Shown: positions 1-11,295, counted from the first letter of the stretch. The stretch: DNA of 32,000 bases from Kineococcus radiotolerans SRS30216 = ATCC BAA-149 (GCF_000017305.1 NC_009664.2:4410001-4442000), one strand, 5' to 3'. Notes: generated by a model not told the origin, from the letters alone. Numbers and translations are program-made.

Positions 1-1214
1 CGCAGCAGCTCGTCGCCCACGGCGTGCCCGAAGCGGTCGTTGACCTCCTTGAAGCCGTCGAGGTCGATGAGCATCAAGCTGACGGGGCGCCCGGTGCGGA
101 GGTGCTCGTCCAGCGTGCGGTCCAGGGCGCGCCGGTTGGCGAGTCCTGTCAGGTCGTCGGTGAGGGCTTCACGGCGGGTGGTGACCAGATCAGCGAGGAG
201 ACGGATCAGCTGCACTCCGCGCACCGAGACGCTCAGGCCCCCCAGGACACCGGCCACCACGCCCGCTCGGACCGCGTCCCCCGGGAGGTCGGCACCGATC
301 GTGCCGGCCGCCGCGAGCACCGCGATGGAGGCCAGGAGCACGACGAACGAACCGGTGGTGGGGGCAGCAGTGGTCGCTGGTCGCGACAGCGGGGGAGCTG
401 CGTGCACCACTGCGGCCACGGCCAGAGTCGTGATGGTGACGGTCCAGCCCACCTCCGAGAGCGGGCCGTTGCCCGCGGCGGCGACCGGGTCGTGGACGCC
501 GGCCAGGTCGATGACCACGACGAGGCTGAAGGAGAGCACCAGCGCCCAGGCACGCGCGTCGCGGACCAGACCACCGAGGTTGAGCACGGTGGCGGCGCTG
601 CCCAGCAGCACGATCTCCGCTGACGTCCGCAGCAGCCACAGCTGCTCCTGCCACATCGGCCACTGCGCGATGGGAGAACCGAGCACGGGCAGGAGCAGGT
701 TGCCGATCGCGGTCAGGGTGAACGTGGCGCCGACGCCGTTGAGCCAATCGCCGGGCTCGGACAGCAGGGTTCCGTGGCGGTTCCAGCGCACGAGCCCCTG
801 GTAGATCAGCGGACACGCGCTCAGGACGCCCAGTCCCAGGATCAGCCCGCCCGCGCCGGTGGCGCTCGAGGATCCGGTCAGGGAGAGGCAGTCGGCGATC
901 CCCGCGCCGGCAGCCGCGGTGGTCGCCACCCAGGCCGCCCGGGAGAAGTAGCGCCAGACGGCCTCCTCGGGAGCGACGGTCCGGGCCCGCCACGTCAGCA
1001 CCACGGCGGCGGCGGCGAACATCACGACTCGACCCACCCCGCGCACGACCAGCACCGGCAGGGCCCAGGGATCCCCACCCGCAGGCGGGGCCAGCACCGT
1101 CCCGGTCGGCACGGCCACCTGGGTGACCAGTGCGACGACCGCTGTCGTCACGCACAGCAGCACCAGACGCACGGGTGCGTGCTCGATCGATCGACGTCGT
1201 GCGGACTCTTCCAC
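1..1214 (-). CDS. Membrane-anchored GGDEF-domain diguanylate cyclase (C-terminus runs off the left window edge)
   Basis: Minus-strand frame missing from the ORF track because it is open at position 1. GTG at 1214 directly follows an in-frame TAG (1215-1217). A long hydrophobic high-GC3 N-terminal region ([16 protein letters not shown]...) is followed by [59 protein letters not shown], the start of a GGDEF domain. Confidence 0.85.
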   Translation of the reverse strand, partial: MEESARRRSIEHAPVRLVLLCVTTAVVALVTQVAVPTGTVLAPPAGGDPWALPVLVVRGVGRVVMFAAAAVVLTWRARTVAPEEAVWRYFSRAAWVATTAAAGAGIADCLSLTGSSSATGAGGLILGLGVLSACPLIYQGLVRWNRHGTLLSEPGDWLNGVGATFTLTAIGNLLLPVLGSPIAQWPMWQEQLWLLRTSAEIVLLGSAATVLNLGGLVRDARAWALVLSFSLVVVIDLAGVHDPVAAAGNGPLSEVGWTVTITTLAVAAVVHAAPPLSRPATTAAPTTGSFVVLLASIAVLAAAGTIGADLPGDAVRAGVVAGVLGGLSVSVRGVQLIRLLADLVTTRREALTDDLTGLANRRALDRTLDEHLRTGRPVSLMLIDLDGFKEVNDRFGHAVGDELL

Positions 1215-1859
1215 CTAGGAACGATCGGAGGACGGACGAGGAGGCCCAAGGGGCTGATCGGGTCACGGCCTCGCCCGGAGTCGGAGGCGACTTCGACCCG
1301 GATGCGCTGGCCGAGGCTGAGGTCGGTGCCGGCACGGTGCTCCCGATGACCGGTGCTGCTCGAGGAGGCCCGCCGGCAGGGTCAGACCGGCCCTGGACGC
1401 CGCTGAACGTGCAGTCGGCGCGGCTGCTGTGGAGTTGCTCCCCGCCTCGGTGCTGCCGCAGGGGAGCACCACGACGCCCCCGCCCAGCGGGATCGGGTCC
1501 TCAGTGACCGTCTCGATGCCTGCGGGGACCGCCGTCGCTTCGCTGGCGATCGCGCTGCGAGCCGGCACGCGGGTGAGGGGCCCACCGCTGAGCGGGCCCG
1601 TGCGGAAGCGCTGCGTGCTGAGCGCAGCACTCGAGCTGGTCGCCTGCTGAGGCCACGACGGCGGCCCCGACGCCCCGACCTGCGTCATCGCCTGCGGGGA
1701 CCTGCTGCGGCTCGCTGGTTCTGCCGGTGATCAGGGATGCGGTCGCGCTGACAGGAGCAGGCCGGACCGGTGCGCTCAGCGCGATCGTGGACCCTGGACC
1801 CGGTTCACGGCGGTGACCTGTGCTCATCGACGTCCCGGGAGGGTGGAGTGGCGCAGCGC

Positions 1860-2173
1860 GTGTCCACGTTGCACCGGGAGCCAGCACAGCTCGCCGCCGG
1901 TGTTCGCCTGTACCCCGACGGCGCCGCTCGGCTGGGCGCGGTGTCCGACCTCAGGCTGGTCCACACCGGTCTCGGTCACGACCCGCGCCGCAAGGCCGTG
2001 GTCGCTGCGGTGGTGACAGTCGCCCACAGCCTGGACCTGCGGGTGATCGCCGAAGGTGTGGAGACCGAGGCCAAGCCCATCGAGCAGCTGATGCGGGGTG
2101 TGACTACCTGCAAGGTTTCCACTGCGGCCGCCCACGGTCCGCGGACGACCTCACCGCCCAGTGGGCTCACTGA
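1860..2173 (+). pseudogene. EAL-domain (c-di-GMP phosphodiesterase) C-terminal remnant, truncated and frameshifted
   Basis: Frame of ORF 1770..2231 reads AVVAAVVTVAHSLDLRVIAEGVETEAKPIEQLMRG. Frame of ORF 1820..2173 continues GCDYLQGFHCGRPRSADDLTAQWAH*. Together these form the conserved EAL C-terminus (AEGVET...GCD.LQGF...P), joined by a 1-nt shift at the G-run 2095-2098. The upstream part of the domain is missing or degenerate. Confidence 0.6.
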
Positions 2174-2529
2174 CCTGAGCGGACAGGCGCGACCGCACCA
2201 ACGGCCCAACGCCACCGGGACTGGATCGTGACGACAGTGGCTGGCGCCCACCGCCAGCCGCACGTGCGCCTGGGGGCCTGATCGCACTGGCTGCCTCCAC
2301 GGCGACGTCAACCGCCACCTCGAGTCGCGATCGCGATCGGCGGGGAGGACGGCCCGCGCAGCAGTCACGGAGAGGTTCCCGCAGGGCCAGCGGAGAGCAG
2401 CCGGTGAGGAAGGCGCGGGATCCCCGTGCCCCCTCCAGGGCTCGCTCGCGACGCATCCGCCCTCGGCCTCGGCGTTCTCGGCCCGCACCGGTCGTGCGCA
2501 GGTGTCGCTGGGCCCGTGCTCCGAGGGGT

Positions 2530-3660
2530 TCACGTGCTGTCGCGCACGACCAACCTGATGGGGGACAGCACAGTGCGAGGCGCTCGCAGGGGCGGTGACC
2601 CCCGCGACGGGTCGAGGACGGCTGGACCCTCTCCCTGCGGGAGTCCCCGCTCCCGAGAGCCCGTGCTGGTCCCGAGGTCGTCCGTACCCGTGTCCACAGT
2701 GGTGTGCGGGCTGGTGTCCGTGATGAGGGACACGGCGAAGTCGGCCATCGCGGGCCGGTCGAGAGCCACGGTGGTCAAGGGCGGGCTCGCGTACGCGGCG
2801 GCTCGGATGTCGTCGATGCCGACGACCGCGACATCGGCGGGGACCGTCCGACCCAGAGAACGCAGCGCCCGCAGGGCACCGAGCGCGGCGGCGTCGTTGC
2901 CGACGACGAGGGCGTCGATCGCCGGTTGTTCTGCGATCAACGCTGTCGTGGTCTCGAAGCCGCCCGCCTCGTCCCAGGCGGGCAGCTCCCGCACGGTGTC
3001 GGGTGAGAGCACCAACCCGGCGCCGTGCAGCGCCTGCCGGTAACCCTCCAAGCGCTGCACGGCGCTGGTGTGAGGCTGAGCGCCCTGCGCGCCGAGGAAG
3101 GCGATGCGCCGGCGGCCACGATCGATCAGGTGCTGGGTCGCGAGGCGGCCGATCTCGACGGAATCGATGTAGACGTGGTCCAGCGGTGACCCGCGTCCGT
3201 GCTCGCCGATGAGGACGACGGGCAGGTCGCGCTGGCGACGCAGGAGGTCGACGGGTACTCCGATGGGGGCGAAGATGAGCCCGCGGCTGATGCCCGTGAC
3301 GCGGTGGGCGACCACGTCCCGTTCGAGGTCGAGGTCGCCGCCGGTCTGTTCCAGGAGCAGGCGCAGTCCACGCCGGCGGGCGCTGTCGGCGACGGCGTGG
3401 GCGAGTTCACCGTAGAAGGCCGCCTTGACGTCGGGGACGACGAGGGTGAGGAGGTCGCTGCTCCGCTGCCCGCTCTGGAGGGAGCGACCGCCCCAGGCGG
3501 GGCGGTAGTCCAGTTCGGCGATGGCGGTCCGGACGCGAGCGCGCAGCTTCGGGCTGACGTGGGGGTGGTCGTTCACGACGTTGGAGACGGTTCGCGCGGA
3601 GACACCGGCGACTCGGGCGACGTCTTGCAGCGTCGGCGCGTGCCACCCACGGGAGATCAC
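2530..3660 (-). CDS. LacI-family transcriptional regulator
   Basis: N-terminal HTH PTLQDVARVAGVSARTVSNVVNDHPHVSPKLRARVRTAIAELDYRP, followed by a periplasmic-binding-protein-like sugar-binding fold (VVLIGEH..., IAFLGA..., ALVVGNDAAALGALRAL). GTG start at 3660. Confidence 0.9.
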   Translation of the reverse strand: MISRGWHAPTLQDVARVAGVSARTVSNVVNDHPHVSPKLRARVRTAIAELDYRPAWGGRSLQSGQRSSDLLTLVVPDVKAAFYGELAHAVADSARRRGLRLLLEQTGGDLDLERDVVAHRVTGISRGLIFAPIGVPVDLLRRQRDLPVVLIGEHGRGSPLDHVYIDSVEIGRLATQHLIDRGRRRIAFLGAQGAQPHTSAVQRLEGYRQALHGAGLVLSPDTVRELPAWDEAGGFETTTALIAEQPAIDALVVGNDAAALGALRALRSLGRTVPADVAVVGIDDIRAAAYASPPLTTVALDRPAMADFAVSLITDTSPHTTVDTGTDDLGTSTGSRERGLPQGEGPAVLDPSRGSPPLRAPRTVLSPIRLVVRDST

Positions 3661-4169
3661 CGCGCCATTGTGGCACCGGAGGTGGTCCGCTGCGGTGGGC
3701 CCGGCGATGCGGTCGGGGAGGACCGCTGTCCTCGTCCGCGGGCGCTCGTCGATCTCCGCAGCTCGCGGGCCGTTCCTGCTCGACCAGGGCCACGGGCACC
3801 AGGAGGGTCGAGCTGTGCTGCCCCCGCGACCTCGGTCGTCGCTCTCGGCTGGTGAGGTGCCTCTCGTCCGGCGGCGTGCGCTTTCGTGCTGGTCGATCGC
3901 ACCGCATGCACCGCGCGATGAGGGGCAGGTCCGAAGTGCTCCACGATGAGGGATCGTCCCACGAGGTCGTCGGCGGTGTGGTCGGCGAGGTAGCCCGCTC
4001 CTCCGGCGGTCCTGACCTTCCCCTGGAGGGTCAGGAGGCGGTGCTTCGAGGTCTCTTCGATGCGCTGCTGCAGCGCAGGCCAGTCATCGACTCGCGTCCT
4101 GGACGTCGTGATCGGGTTGCAGCAGCCGTCACCCGCTCTGCGCCTCACCTCTGGGCCACGCGCCACCTG

Positions 4170-4188
4170 CGGGATGACCGTGAGCCAG
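4170..4188 (+). repeat. Boundary repeat core, copy 1 (outlier, 3' side of the binding-protein gene)
   Basis: GCGGGATGACCGTGAGCCA, preceded by CGCGCCACCT. Confidence 0.7.
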
Positions 4189-4372
4189 CCCGCTCCCGGT
4201 CAGGCGGGCCGGGTCTGACTCCCGAGCGACGGCGGAACGTGAGCGGCTTCGACCGAGCGGCGAGCCCTGGAGCCGACACACGGCGGTCCTCTCCATCAGC
4301 GCAGCGGCAGCCGTGGACGCAGGAGGCTGTCAGCGGTGAGGCGCTGGGCGAAGAACCGCGCCGCCTGAGGTG

Positions 4373-5623
4373 TCAACCGTTCTGCGCCTGCTCGAGCGCA
4401 TCCTCTGGCGTCATGCCGCCGACGAGTGCCTCCTGGACCGCCGTGTGGATCCTCGTGGCCGCCTCGGGCCAGTCCGGCCCCAGCTCGCCGGTCCGAGCAC
4501 GCAGGTTCGGGACCTGGTCGGTGAAGGCCCTGAAGTGCGGCTTGCGGGATGCGATCTGGTCGGCGAGGGCAGGCTTGGTGGGCACGGTGCCGGTGCGCAG
4601 AGCGAGTTCGACTTCGATGTCGTCCCGGTTGAGGCACTGGACGAGTTCGGCGGCCTTCTCCTGCTTCTCCTCGTCGCCGGTCTGCGGAACGGTCCAGGCC
4701 TCACCGCCGAACGGCAGGACGATCTCACCGCCGGCCCGCGGGGCGGGGATCGGGACGACGCCGTACTCGAGCTCAGCGGTCCGTTCGAGGGCCGGGAAGC
4801 TCCAGGGGCCGTTGATCATCATCGCGGCGTTGCCGGCGATGAAGTGGTCGGTGACCTCGTCCTGCGGCCAGTTCACCGACGACTGGGACAGTGAACCCGA
4901 CGTCATGAGGTCCTTGACCAGCTGCAGTGCGGCCGCGGTCTGGGGCGTGTCGATGTTCCTCTCGTCTCCGCCGTTGGACCACATGAACGGCAGGAACTGC
5001 CACGTCCCCTCGAAGGTGCCGATGTTCGACATGGCAAACCCGTACCGGTCGCCCTGGGTCAGCCTCGCTGAGGCGACCTCGAGTTCCTCCCACGTGGTGG
5101 GCGGCACCACGCCCGCGGCATCCAGGAACTTCTTGTTGTAGAACAGCGCGACCGTGTTGGTGACTGGCTGGAGCCCGTAGAGATCTCCCTCGTACGTCGA
5201 GGCCCGCAGCACGCCATCGGCGACACCAGTGGTGTCGATCCCCAGGTCCTCGAGCGGGGTCAACGCGCCCGAGGCCGCGACCTGCTGGACGTCGGGGTTG
5301 TCGAGCATCAGGACGTCGGGCAGCGTCTTGGAAGAGCTCCGCTGCAGCACCCGCTGCATCAACGCGTCGACGGGAACCGACTCCCGGTCGATCTCCACCC
5401 CCACGACCCGCCCACAAACGTCCAGTGCACGCTCCCACGGAACGTTGTTCGTCGTCGACGTGTAGTAGTCCAAGATCCGCAGTTCGCTCACCGCACCTGC
5501 GGCTGTCCCGTCGTATCCGCCGGTGCAGGCCCCGAACGCGAGCGGCAGGATCAATCCCGTGACCAGCCCGGCGCGAAAGCGCCCCGTCCTCGATCTCGAC
5601 GGCTCACGCGACTCACACCTCAC
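4373..5623 (-). CDS. ABC-transporter extracellular solute-binding protein (family 1, sugar type), probable lipoprotein; orphan with no adjacent permease or ATPase genes
   Basis: ORF 4373..5698. The preferred start is GTG 5623, preceded by purine-rich GAGAGAAG. It gives a signal peptide RFRAGLVTGLILPLAFGAC with Cys lipobox. The body (LRILDYY..., ALFYNKKFLDAAGV..PPTTWEEL, NGPWSFPAL) is typical of sugar-binding SBPs. Confidence 0.85.
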   Translation of the reverse strand: MRCESREPSRSRTGRFRAGLVTGLILPLAFGACTGGYDGTAAGAVSELRILDYYTSTTNNVPWERALDVCGRVVGVEIDRESVPVDALMQRVLQRSSSKTLPDVLMLDNPDVQQVAASGALTPLEDLGIDTTGVADGVLRASTYEGDLYGLQPVTNTVALFYNKKFLDAAGVVPPTTWEELEVASARLTQGDRYGFAMSNIGTFEGTWQFLPFMWSNGGDERNIDTPQTAAALQLVKDLMTSGSLSQSSVNWPQDEVTDHFIAGNAAMMINGPWSFPALERTAELEYGVVPIPAPRAGGEIVLPFGGEAWTVPQTGDEEKQEKAAELVQCLNRDDIEVELALRTGTVPTKPALADQIASRKPHFRAFTDQVPNLRARTGELGPDWPEAATRIHTAVQEALVGGMTPEDALEQAQNG

Positions 5624-5730
5624 TGGATCGCTTCTCTCATTCGTGTTCTCGGTCGACGACGGGCAACGGTGCGGAGGGCTGCAGTTTAGTCCCCGCAACA
5701 GGGCAGATCCGCCGCGACTGCGCCCGGGGC

Positions 5731-5748
5731 ACGGATGACGGTGAAGTG
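5731..5748 (+). repeat. Boundary repeat core, copy 2 (degenerate, 5' side of the binding-protein gene)
   Basis: ACGGATGACGGTGAAGTG; 14 of 19 core positions kept. Confidence 0.45.
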
Positions 5749-5838
5749 GTCGTCGGTCGCTCGGAGGTGCGGGGTGACTGCTGGGGGAGTGCGGTCACGT
5801 GGCAGGTGTGGGACCTCGTGTCCCGCTCGGCGGGCGGG

Positions 5839-6514
5839 TCACTCGTGGGCGGCGAGTTCCTCCGCCAGTTCCAGGCGCCGCGAACGGGCGGGGGAGAGGT
5901 CGTGCGGCATCCTCCCGACGGCTTCGGCGGCGCTCGCAGGTCCTCGCCTCGGGTCCTCGCCCCGGCCTCGGCGGGTCTCGTCCTCCTCGCCGTCAGGGGT
6001 CGCGGGGCGCGGGTCCTCCCAGGCGTCGAGGAGTGCCCCCTCGCTCTGCGCGAGGCCGGACTCCTCGATGACGGCGTGCAGCGCCCGTTCGAAGGCGTGT
6101 CGCTGCGCAACCACTCGCGCGACAGGGGGTCGTCGATCGCGCTCGTGTCGTCGAGGGCATCCTCGGCGGCGTCGACGCGGTCGGACGCCACCTGCAGATC
6201 CGGAGGGGCGGCCAAGGCGATGAACCGGGTGGCCTGGACGGCCGCACCGAGGGACCGGAGATCTGCTCGGTGATCAGCAGGGTGTTCAGGTCGTCACGGA
6301 TGTCGCCCATGGCCATCCCGGCGTCGGCCGTCTTGCGGATCCACAGCGGCCGGATCACCTCGTCGTAGCCGTGGAGGCGGCGGCCGTCGCTTCCCTGCTG
6401 GGGCTCGGGGAGCAGGCCGATCTGGTGGTGGCGGATCGCGCGCGGTGTGGTGCCGACGAACGACGCCGCGTCACCGATCTCGACCCGACGCGGGGGAAGG
6501 AGGGACGGGTGCAC
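5839..6514 (-). pseudogene. MerR-family transcriptional regulator interrupted by two frameshifts
   Basis: GTG 6514, then the MerR HTH VEIGDAASFVGTTPRAIRHHQIGLLPEPQQGSDGRRLHGYDEVIRPLWIRKTADAGMAMGDIRDDL. High-GC3 coding then continues in a second frame (ADLRSLGAAVQATRFIALAAPPDLQVASDRVDAAEDALDDTSAIDDPLSR). It continues in a third frame (VVAQRHAFERALHAVIEESGLAQSEGALLDAWEDP...ELAAHE*) ending at 5839. The shifts lie near 6262 and near the G5 run 6125-6129. Confidence 0.7.
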
Positions 6515-6711
6515 GGGTGGGGCCTTGCTCCGTCAGGCGGTACGTGGGTCCAGGGACCCCGTGATGCTGCGGGAGGTGCAAGCCCGGGCCCTGCTGACGG
6601 TGCGCCGCGCACCGTCACGACCCGAGGACGTGGTGGAGGACGGGATCGCCGGTGGACCGCGATCCTCGAGCTCGTGCCCCACCGCAGGCTGAGCCTGACC
6701 TCTTCCCGGCT

Positions 6712-7512
6712 TCAGGCCGAGCGGGTCGCGGTGATGCCGCCGTCGACGGCGATCTCCGCGCCGTGGAGGTATCCGGCGCGCTCGGAGAGCAGCCAGGCCA
6801 CCGCGTCGGCGACCTCCTCGGGCGTGCCCGGGCGCCCGGCCGGGGTCGGCTTCGTCATGGCGTCGATGACGTCCCCGGCGGCGGCGTTGACCGGGGTGCG
6901 GGTGGCGCCGGGGGAGACGGTGTTGACCCGCACCCCGCGGGGACCGAACTCCGCCGCCCAGCTGCGGGCGAGCTGGATCTCGGCGGCCTTGGTCGCGGAG
7001 TACAACCCGACGAAGGGGTGCCCGACGTGGGCCATCCAGGAACCGACGACGACGACGGCGCCGGCGCCGCGTTCGGCCATCGCCGGGACCAGGGCGGCGG
7101 TGAGGACGTGAGGGGCGCGGACGTTGACCGCGAGGGTGGCTTCCAGGTCGGCGTCGCTCAGGCTCACGGTGTCCACCGGCGGGCATAACGCCGCGTTGTG
7201 CACGATGGCGTCCAGCCGCCCACCGGCGGCCTCGACGGCGGCGGCCGCGAAGTTGCGCAGCGCCGCGGGCGCGGCGCTCAAGTCGGAGGCGAGGAACACG
7301 GCTCGTCCTCCGACGTCCTCGATGTCGGTGACGATGGCGTCGCCGCGGGCCCGGTCGCGCCCGGTGACCACGACCTGCCATCCCTGGGCGGCCAGGGTGC
7401 GGGCGGTGGCAGCGCCGATGCCGCTGGTGGAGCCGGTGACCAGCACCGTCCGGGTCGGCTGGGTGCGGGTCGGCTGAGCCTGGGTCTGCTGAGGGGTTCT
7501 GGGGGTGGTCAT
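6712..7512 (-). CDS. SDR-family oxidoreductase
   Basis: VLVTGSTSGIGAATARTLAAQG (TGxxxGIG Rossmann motif), NAA..., YSATKAAEIQLARSWAAEFGPRGVRVNTVSPG (YxxxK active site). Confidence 0.9.
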   Translation of the reverse strand: MTTPRTPQQTQAQPTRTQPTRTVLVTGSTSGIGAATARTLAAQGWQVVVTGRDRARGDAIVTDIEDVGGRAVFLASDLSAAPAALRNFAAAAVEAAGGRLDAIVHNAALCPPVDTVSLSDADLEATLAVNVRAPHVLTAALVPAMAERGAGAVVVVGSWMAHVGHPFVGLYSATKAAEIQLARSWAAEFGPRGVRVNTVSPGATRTPVNAAAGDVIDAMTKPTPAGRPGTPEEVADAVAWLLSERAGYLHGAEIAVDGGITATRSA

Positions 7513-7627
7513 GTCCTCACTGCACCGCAGGCGCGCAGCGGGTGCCAGGACGCGCGGTGCCTGGTCACCTGCTACCTGGTCACAGCGCGACCAGGTTCGC
7601 GGTGCCGGGTGCTCCTACGCTGGCCGG

Positions 7628-8497
7628 GTGCCTGCCGACCGTGCTGCCCTGGGAGCCTTCCTGCGTTCCCGGAGGGACCGCTTGACCCCCGCGCAGGCCG
7701 GGATCGCCGCCTTCCCCGGCCCGCGGCGGGTGCCGGGGTTGCGCAAGGAGGAGCTCGCGGTGCTCGCCGGGTTGAGCCCGGACCACTACAGCCGGTTGGA
7801 GCAGGGGCGCCAGCACACCGTGACCGACGAGGTCGTGCACGCGCTCTCGCGGGCGTTGCAGCTGGACGAGGTCGAGCGTGCGCACCTGCGTGACCTGGCT
7901 GTTCCGTCCTCGCGTCGCCGGTGGTCGGGGCCCGAGGCCGCGCAACGGCCCGACCCGGGGATGCTGCGCCTGATGGGGGTGCTGGACCACGTCCCCGTGC
8001 TGCTGCTGGGGCGGCGTTCGCAGGTGCTGGCGCGCAACGCCCTGCTCACCGCGGTGCTGGGGGCGCAGGTGGAACCGGGGTCGTCGTTCGCGCGGTGGTT
8101 GTTCCTGGACCCGGACGCGCGGGTGCGGATCGTGAACTGGGCCGACTTCGCCGCGGCCGCGGTCGGGGCGTTGCGCTACGAGGTGGGGCGCCACCCCGAA
8201 GACCGTCGCCTGGCGGAACTGGTGACGGAACTGCGCCGGGCTGACGCGGACGTCGCGCAGTCGTGGGAGGACCAGCGGGTCACCTTCCGCACCTCGCTGA
8301 CCAAGCACGTGGCCCACCCGAGCGCGGGACCACTCACCTTCGGCATCGAATCCGTCGTGGGCCCGCACGACCCCGAGCAGCGCTTGGTCGTCTACACCGT
8401 CGAGCCCGACTCGCCCACGGCGCGGGTCCTGCCGGTGGTGGCGGCGTGGACGAGCGCGGTGCAGGAGTCGAGCAGGCCGGGTGGGGCCAGCGGCTGA
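7628..8497 (+). CDS. MmyB-like (XRE-type HTH plus C-terminal ligand-binding domain) transcriptional regulator
   Basis: LGAFLRSRRDRLTPAQAGIAAFPGPRRVPGLRKEELAVLAGLSPDHYSRLEQGRQHTVTDEVVHALSRALQLDEVERAHLRDLA. The track ORF begins at 7505, but the N-terminal 41 codons look non-coding. GTG 7628 is the nearest start to the HTH. Divergent from the SDR at 6712..7512. Confidence 0.8.
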   Translation: MPADRAALGAFLRSRRDRLTPAQAGIAAFPGPRRVPGLRKEELAVLAGLSPDHYSRLEQGRQHTVTDEVVHALSRALQLDEVERAHLRDLAVPSSRRRWSGPEAAQRPDPGMLRLMGVLDHVPVLLLGRRSQVLARNALLTAVLGAQVEPGSSFARWLFLDPDARVRIVNWADFAAAAVGALRYEVGRHPEDRRLAELVTELRRADADVAQSWEDQRVTFRTSLTKHVAHPSAGPLTFGIESVVGPHDPEQRLVVYTVEPDSPTARVLPVVAAWTSAVQESSRPGGASG

Positions 8498-8877
8498 ACG
8501 GGGCGACGAGCATCCCGGCGCCGACCCGGCGCGACGGCACGTGGTCCCACGTGGTCCGCCGCTCACGTGCCGGCTTCCCCCGCGAGGGCTCGCCGCAGGA
8601 CCACGACCTCGTCGACGCCCTGGTCGACGGTCTGGGCGGGTGCAGGGCTGACGCTGCCGGCCCCAGTGCCCGCCGGGTCTGCACCGGGAGACGGTGACTG
8701 CTGTCCCACGTGGTGTGCGAGGCGGGTGGGTCTCGACGAGGAGGACCACGCGGTCCAGTCCGGTGACGGAGGACGGTGGCCGCAGGTGGGGGCAGGGCGC
8801 CCCGCATCGCCGACGGCGTCGATGTGGATCATCCTGGGGGTCACCGTTCGCACCCTCGACTCGCAGGAGAGTCCCTC

Positions 8878-10083
8878 GTGAAGATCGCTGTCATCGGCAC
8901 CGGCCAGTTCGCCCGGAGCTTCATCGCCCTGTGGCAACTGCACCCCGACGTCGAGGAGGTGTGGGTCACCGACATCGTCCCCGAACGCGCGCAGCAGCAC
9001 GTCGAGACCCACGGCCTGGCCGGGTCCTTCGCCAGCTTCGAGGACGCCCTGGCCTCCGACGTCGACGCCGTCGCGATCATGACCCAGCGCTGGTCGCACG
9101 GCCCCCTGGTGCGCCAGGCGCTGGCCGCCGGCAAGCACGTCTACTCCGCGGTGCCGATGGCGACCACCGTCGACGACATCGAGGCCATCGTGGCCGCGGT
9201 GCGGGAGACGGGCCTCATCTACATGATGGGCGAGACCAGCTACTACAACCCCGCCGTCGTGTGGGCCCGCGAGCACATCGCGAACGGTGACTTCGGCCGA
9301 GTCTTCTACGGAGAGGGCGACTACGTCCACGACATGGACAACGGCTTCTACGCCGCCTACCGCTACAGCGGCGGGGAGGACTGGAAGGAGACCGCCAGCT
9401 ACCCGCCCATGCTCTACCCCACCCACGCCATCGGCGGCGTGCTGGGAGCCTGGCCCACCCACGCGGTCAGCGTCAGCTGCACGGGCATCAGCGACACCCG
9501 CGGCGACGGTGTGTTCGACAAGGCGGTCTCGCGCTGGGACAACGACTTCTCCAACATGTCGGCGCTGTTCGAGCTCGCCGACGGTGGGGTCATGCGGACC
9601 AACGAGTTCCGCCGGGTCGGGTACTGGAACGGCCCGGAGTCGCGGTTCCGCTTCTACGGCACCGAACAGGTCATGGAGCAATCGGTCACCAGCACGGTCG
9701 TCACGGTCAAGACCGAGGGCGAGGACTACCGCAAGGGCAAGACCCTCGACATCAGCGACGAACTGCGGGCCGGCGAGCACTCCGACGTCCCCGAGGACCT
9801 CACCGACATCGATCCTGCGCTGCTGAGCAGTTTCCGCTCCGGCACCGCGAAGGTGCACGACCGCAGTCGGCTGCCGGAGGAGTTCGAAGGAGCCCCCAAC
9901 GGTCACGAGGGGGCGCACCACTTCCTCGCCGACGACTTCGTCGTGGCGGTGCGTGACCGCGTCCAGCCGCCGGTCAACGCCTGGGTCGCCGCCCGGTTCA
10001 CCCTCCCGGGGATCGTGGCCAACGAGTCGGCCAAGCAGGGCGGGGCGCGACTGCCCGTCCCGGACTTCGGCGACCCGGTCTGA
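8878..10083 (+). CDS. Gfo/Idh/MocA-family NAD(P)-dependent oxidoreductase
   Basis: VKIAVIGTGQFARSFIALWQLHPDVEEVWVTD... Rossmann N-terminus, then AIMTQRWSHGPLVRQALAAGKHVYSAVPMA. GTG 8878 is preceded by AGGAGA. The track ORF starts earlier at 8776. Confidence 0.85.
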   Translation: MKIAVIGTGQFARSFIALWQLHPDVEEVWVTDIVPERAQQHVETHGLAGSFASFEDALASDVDAVAIMTQRWSHGPLVRQALAAGKHVYSAVPMATTVDDIEAIVAAVRETGLIYMMGETSYYNPAVVWAREHIANGDFGRVFYGEGDYVHDMDNGFYAAYRYSGGEDWKETASYPPMLYPTHAIGGVLGAWPTHAVSVSCTGISDTRGDGVFDKAVSRWDNDFSNMSALFELADGGVMRTNEFRRVGYWNGPESRFRFYGTEQVMEQSVTSTVVTVKTEGEDYRKGKTLDISDELRAGEHSDVPEDLTDIDPALLSSFRSGTAKVHDRSRLPEEFEGAPNGHEGAHHFLADDFVVAVRDRVQPPVNAWVAARFTLPGIVANESAKQGGARLPVPDFGDPV

Positions 10084-10089
10084 TCAGCG

Positions 10090-10127
10090 CACCCCCACCC
10101 GGGCGAGCGCACGTCCGGGTGGGGGTG
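10090..10127. terminator. Bidirectional stem-loop between convergent genes
   Basis: Perfect 13-bp inverted repeat CACCCCCACCCGG (10090-10102) / CCGGGTGGGGGTG (10115-10127) with a 12-nt loop. It lies 7 nt after the stop of the + gene and upstream of the stop of the - gene at 10238. Confidence 0.6.
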
Positions 10128-10237
10128 GATCCACGGAGGCCGTCCCGTCCAGGGGCGGGGTGGAGACGGCGCCAGTCGCTGAGGAGGTCGAGGATCGGGC
10201 CGCGTGCCTCAGCGTGGTGACGGGGTCGAGGACGACC

Positions 10238-11188
10238 TCAGATTCGCGCGGTGGTCGTGAAGGAGACGCCGGCCAGGGCCTGGGACACCGTCCAGACGCG
10301 GTCGGCTTCGGTCTGGTCGCGCAGGGGGCGGTACAGCGGCTGCTCACCGGGGCCGCCCCCGAGGTTGCCGGGTCCGGTGGGTCCGTAAAGCCGTCCCCCC
10401 TGGGCCTGCGGTGCGGTGGCCGCGTGGAGGGCCGGCAGCTGGGCGCTGTCGACGGTGCCGACCAGGATGCCTGCGCGGGAGAGCCTGCGGATGACGGCGA
10501 TCTGGGGGGTGTTGCGTTCGCGCTGCAGTTCCGGTCGGGCGGCGAGCAGGCTGGTGGGGGCGACACCGGGGTGGGACAGGTTGCTGGTGATGCCCCAGCC
10601 TTCGGCGCGGCTGCGACGGTCCAGTTCGAGACCGAACAAGCCCAACGCGATCTTGGAGGAGCTGTAGGCGCGCATGCCGTGGTAGCTGTCCTCCCAGTTC
10701 AGGTCCTCCCAGTGCACTGCGCCGCTGCGGGCGGCGACGCTGATCTGGGAGGTGACCCGGGCCCGCCCGGCGCGCAGCAGGGGCAGCAGGTGGGCGACCA
10801 GGGCGACGTGGCCGAGGTGGTTGGTGCCCAGCTGCAGCTCGAGGCCGTCGACCGTGGTCTGGCGCTGCGGTGGGGTCATGACCCCGGCGTTGTTGATGAG
10901 CAGGTGGATCGGGCTCCCCTCGGCCCGCAGCTCGTCGCCGAGTGCGGCGACGGAGGACAGCGAGGACAGGTCGAGGTCGTGCAGGGTGACCTTGGCCGTG
11001 GGGTGCTGCTCGCGGATGCGGGCCAGGGCGGCTTCGCCCTTGGTGCGGTTGCGCACGGGCAGCAGCACCTCGGCGCCGGCGCCGGCGAGCCGGCGGGCGA
11101 TGCCGAAGCCGATGCCGTCGCTGGCGCCCGTGACCAAGGCGCGGCGTCCGGACAGGTCGGGCAGGGACAGCTGGGGAGTGCGAGGCAT
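10238..11188 (-). CDS. SDR-family oxidoreductase (retinol-dehydrogenase-like subgroup)
   Basis: [36 protein letters not shown]..., [27 protein letters not shown]. Confidence 0.9.
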   Translation of the reverse strand: MPRTPQLSLPDLSGRRALVTGASDGIGFGIARRLAGAGAEVLLPVRNRTKGEAALARIREQHPTAKVTLHDLDLSSLSSVAALGDELRAEGSPIHLLINNAGVMTPPQRQTTVDGLELQLGTNHLGHVALVAHLLPLLRAGRARVTSQISVAARSGAVHWEDLNWEDSYHGMRAYSSSKIALGLFGLELDRRSRAEGWGITSNLSHPGVAPTSLLAARPELQRERNTPQIAVIRRLSRAGILVGTVDSAQLPALHAATAPQAQGGRLYGPTGPGNLGGGPGEQPLYRPLRDQTEADRVWTVSQALAGVSFTTTARI

Positions 11189-11295
11189 GACGTTCTCCTA
11201 CGGGGTGAAGGGTTCCGGTCGTGGGGGTGCAGGGAGGTCGGGCGCGACGGGGTGATGGACGGGGGACGTTCCGGGGGGAGCGGTCCCGTGGGCGG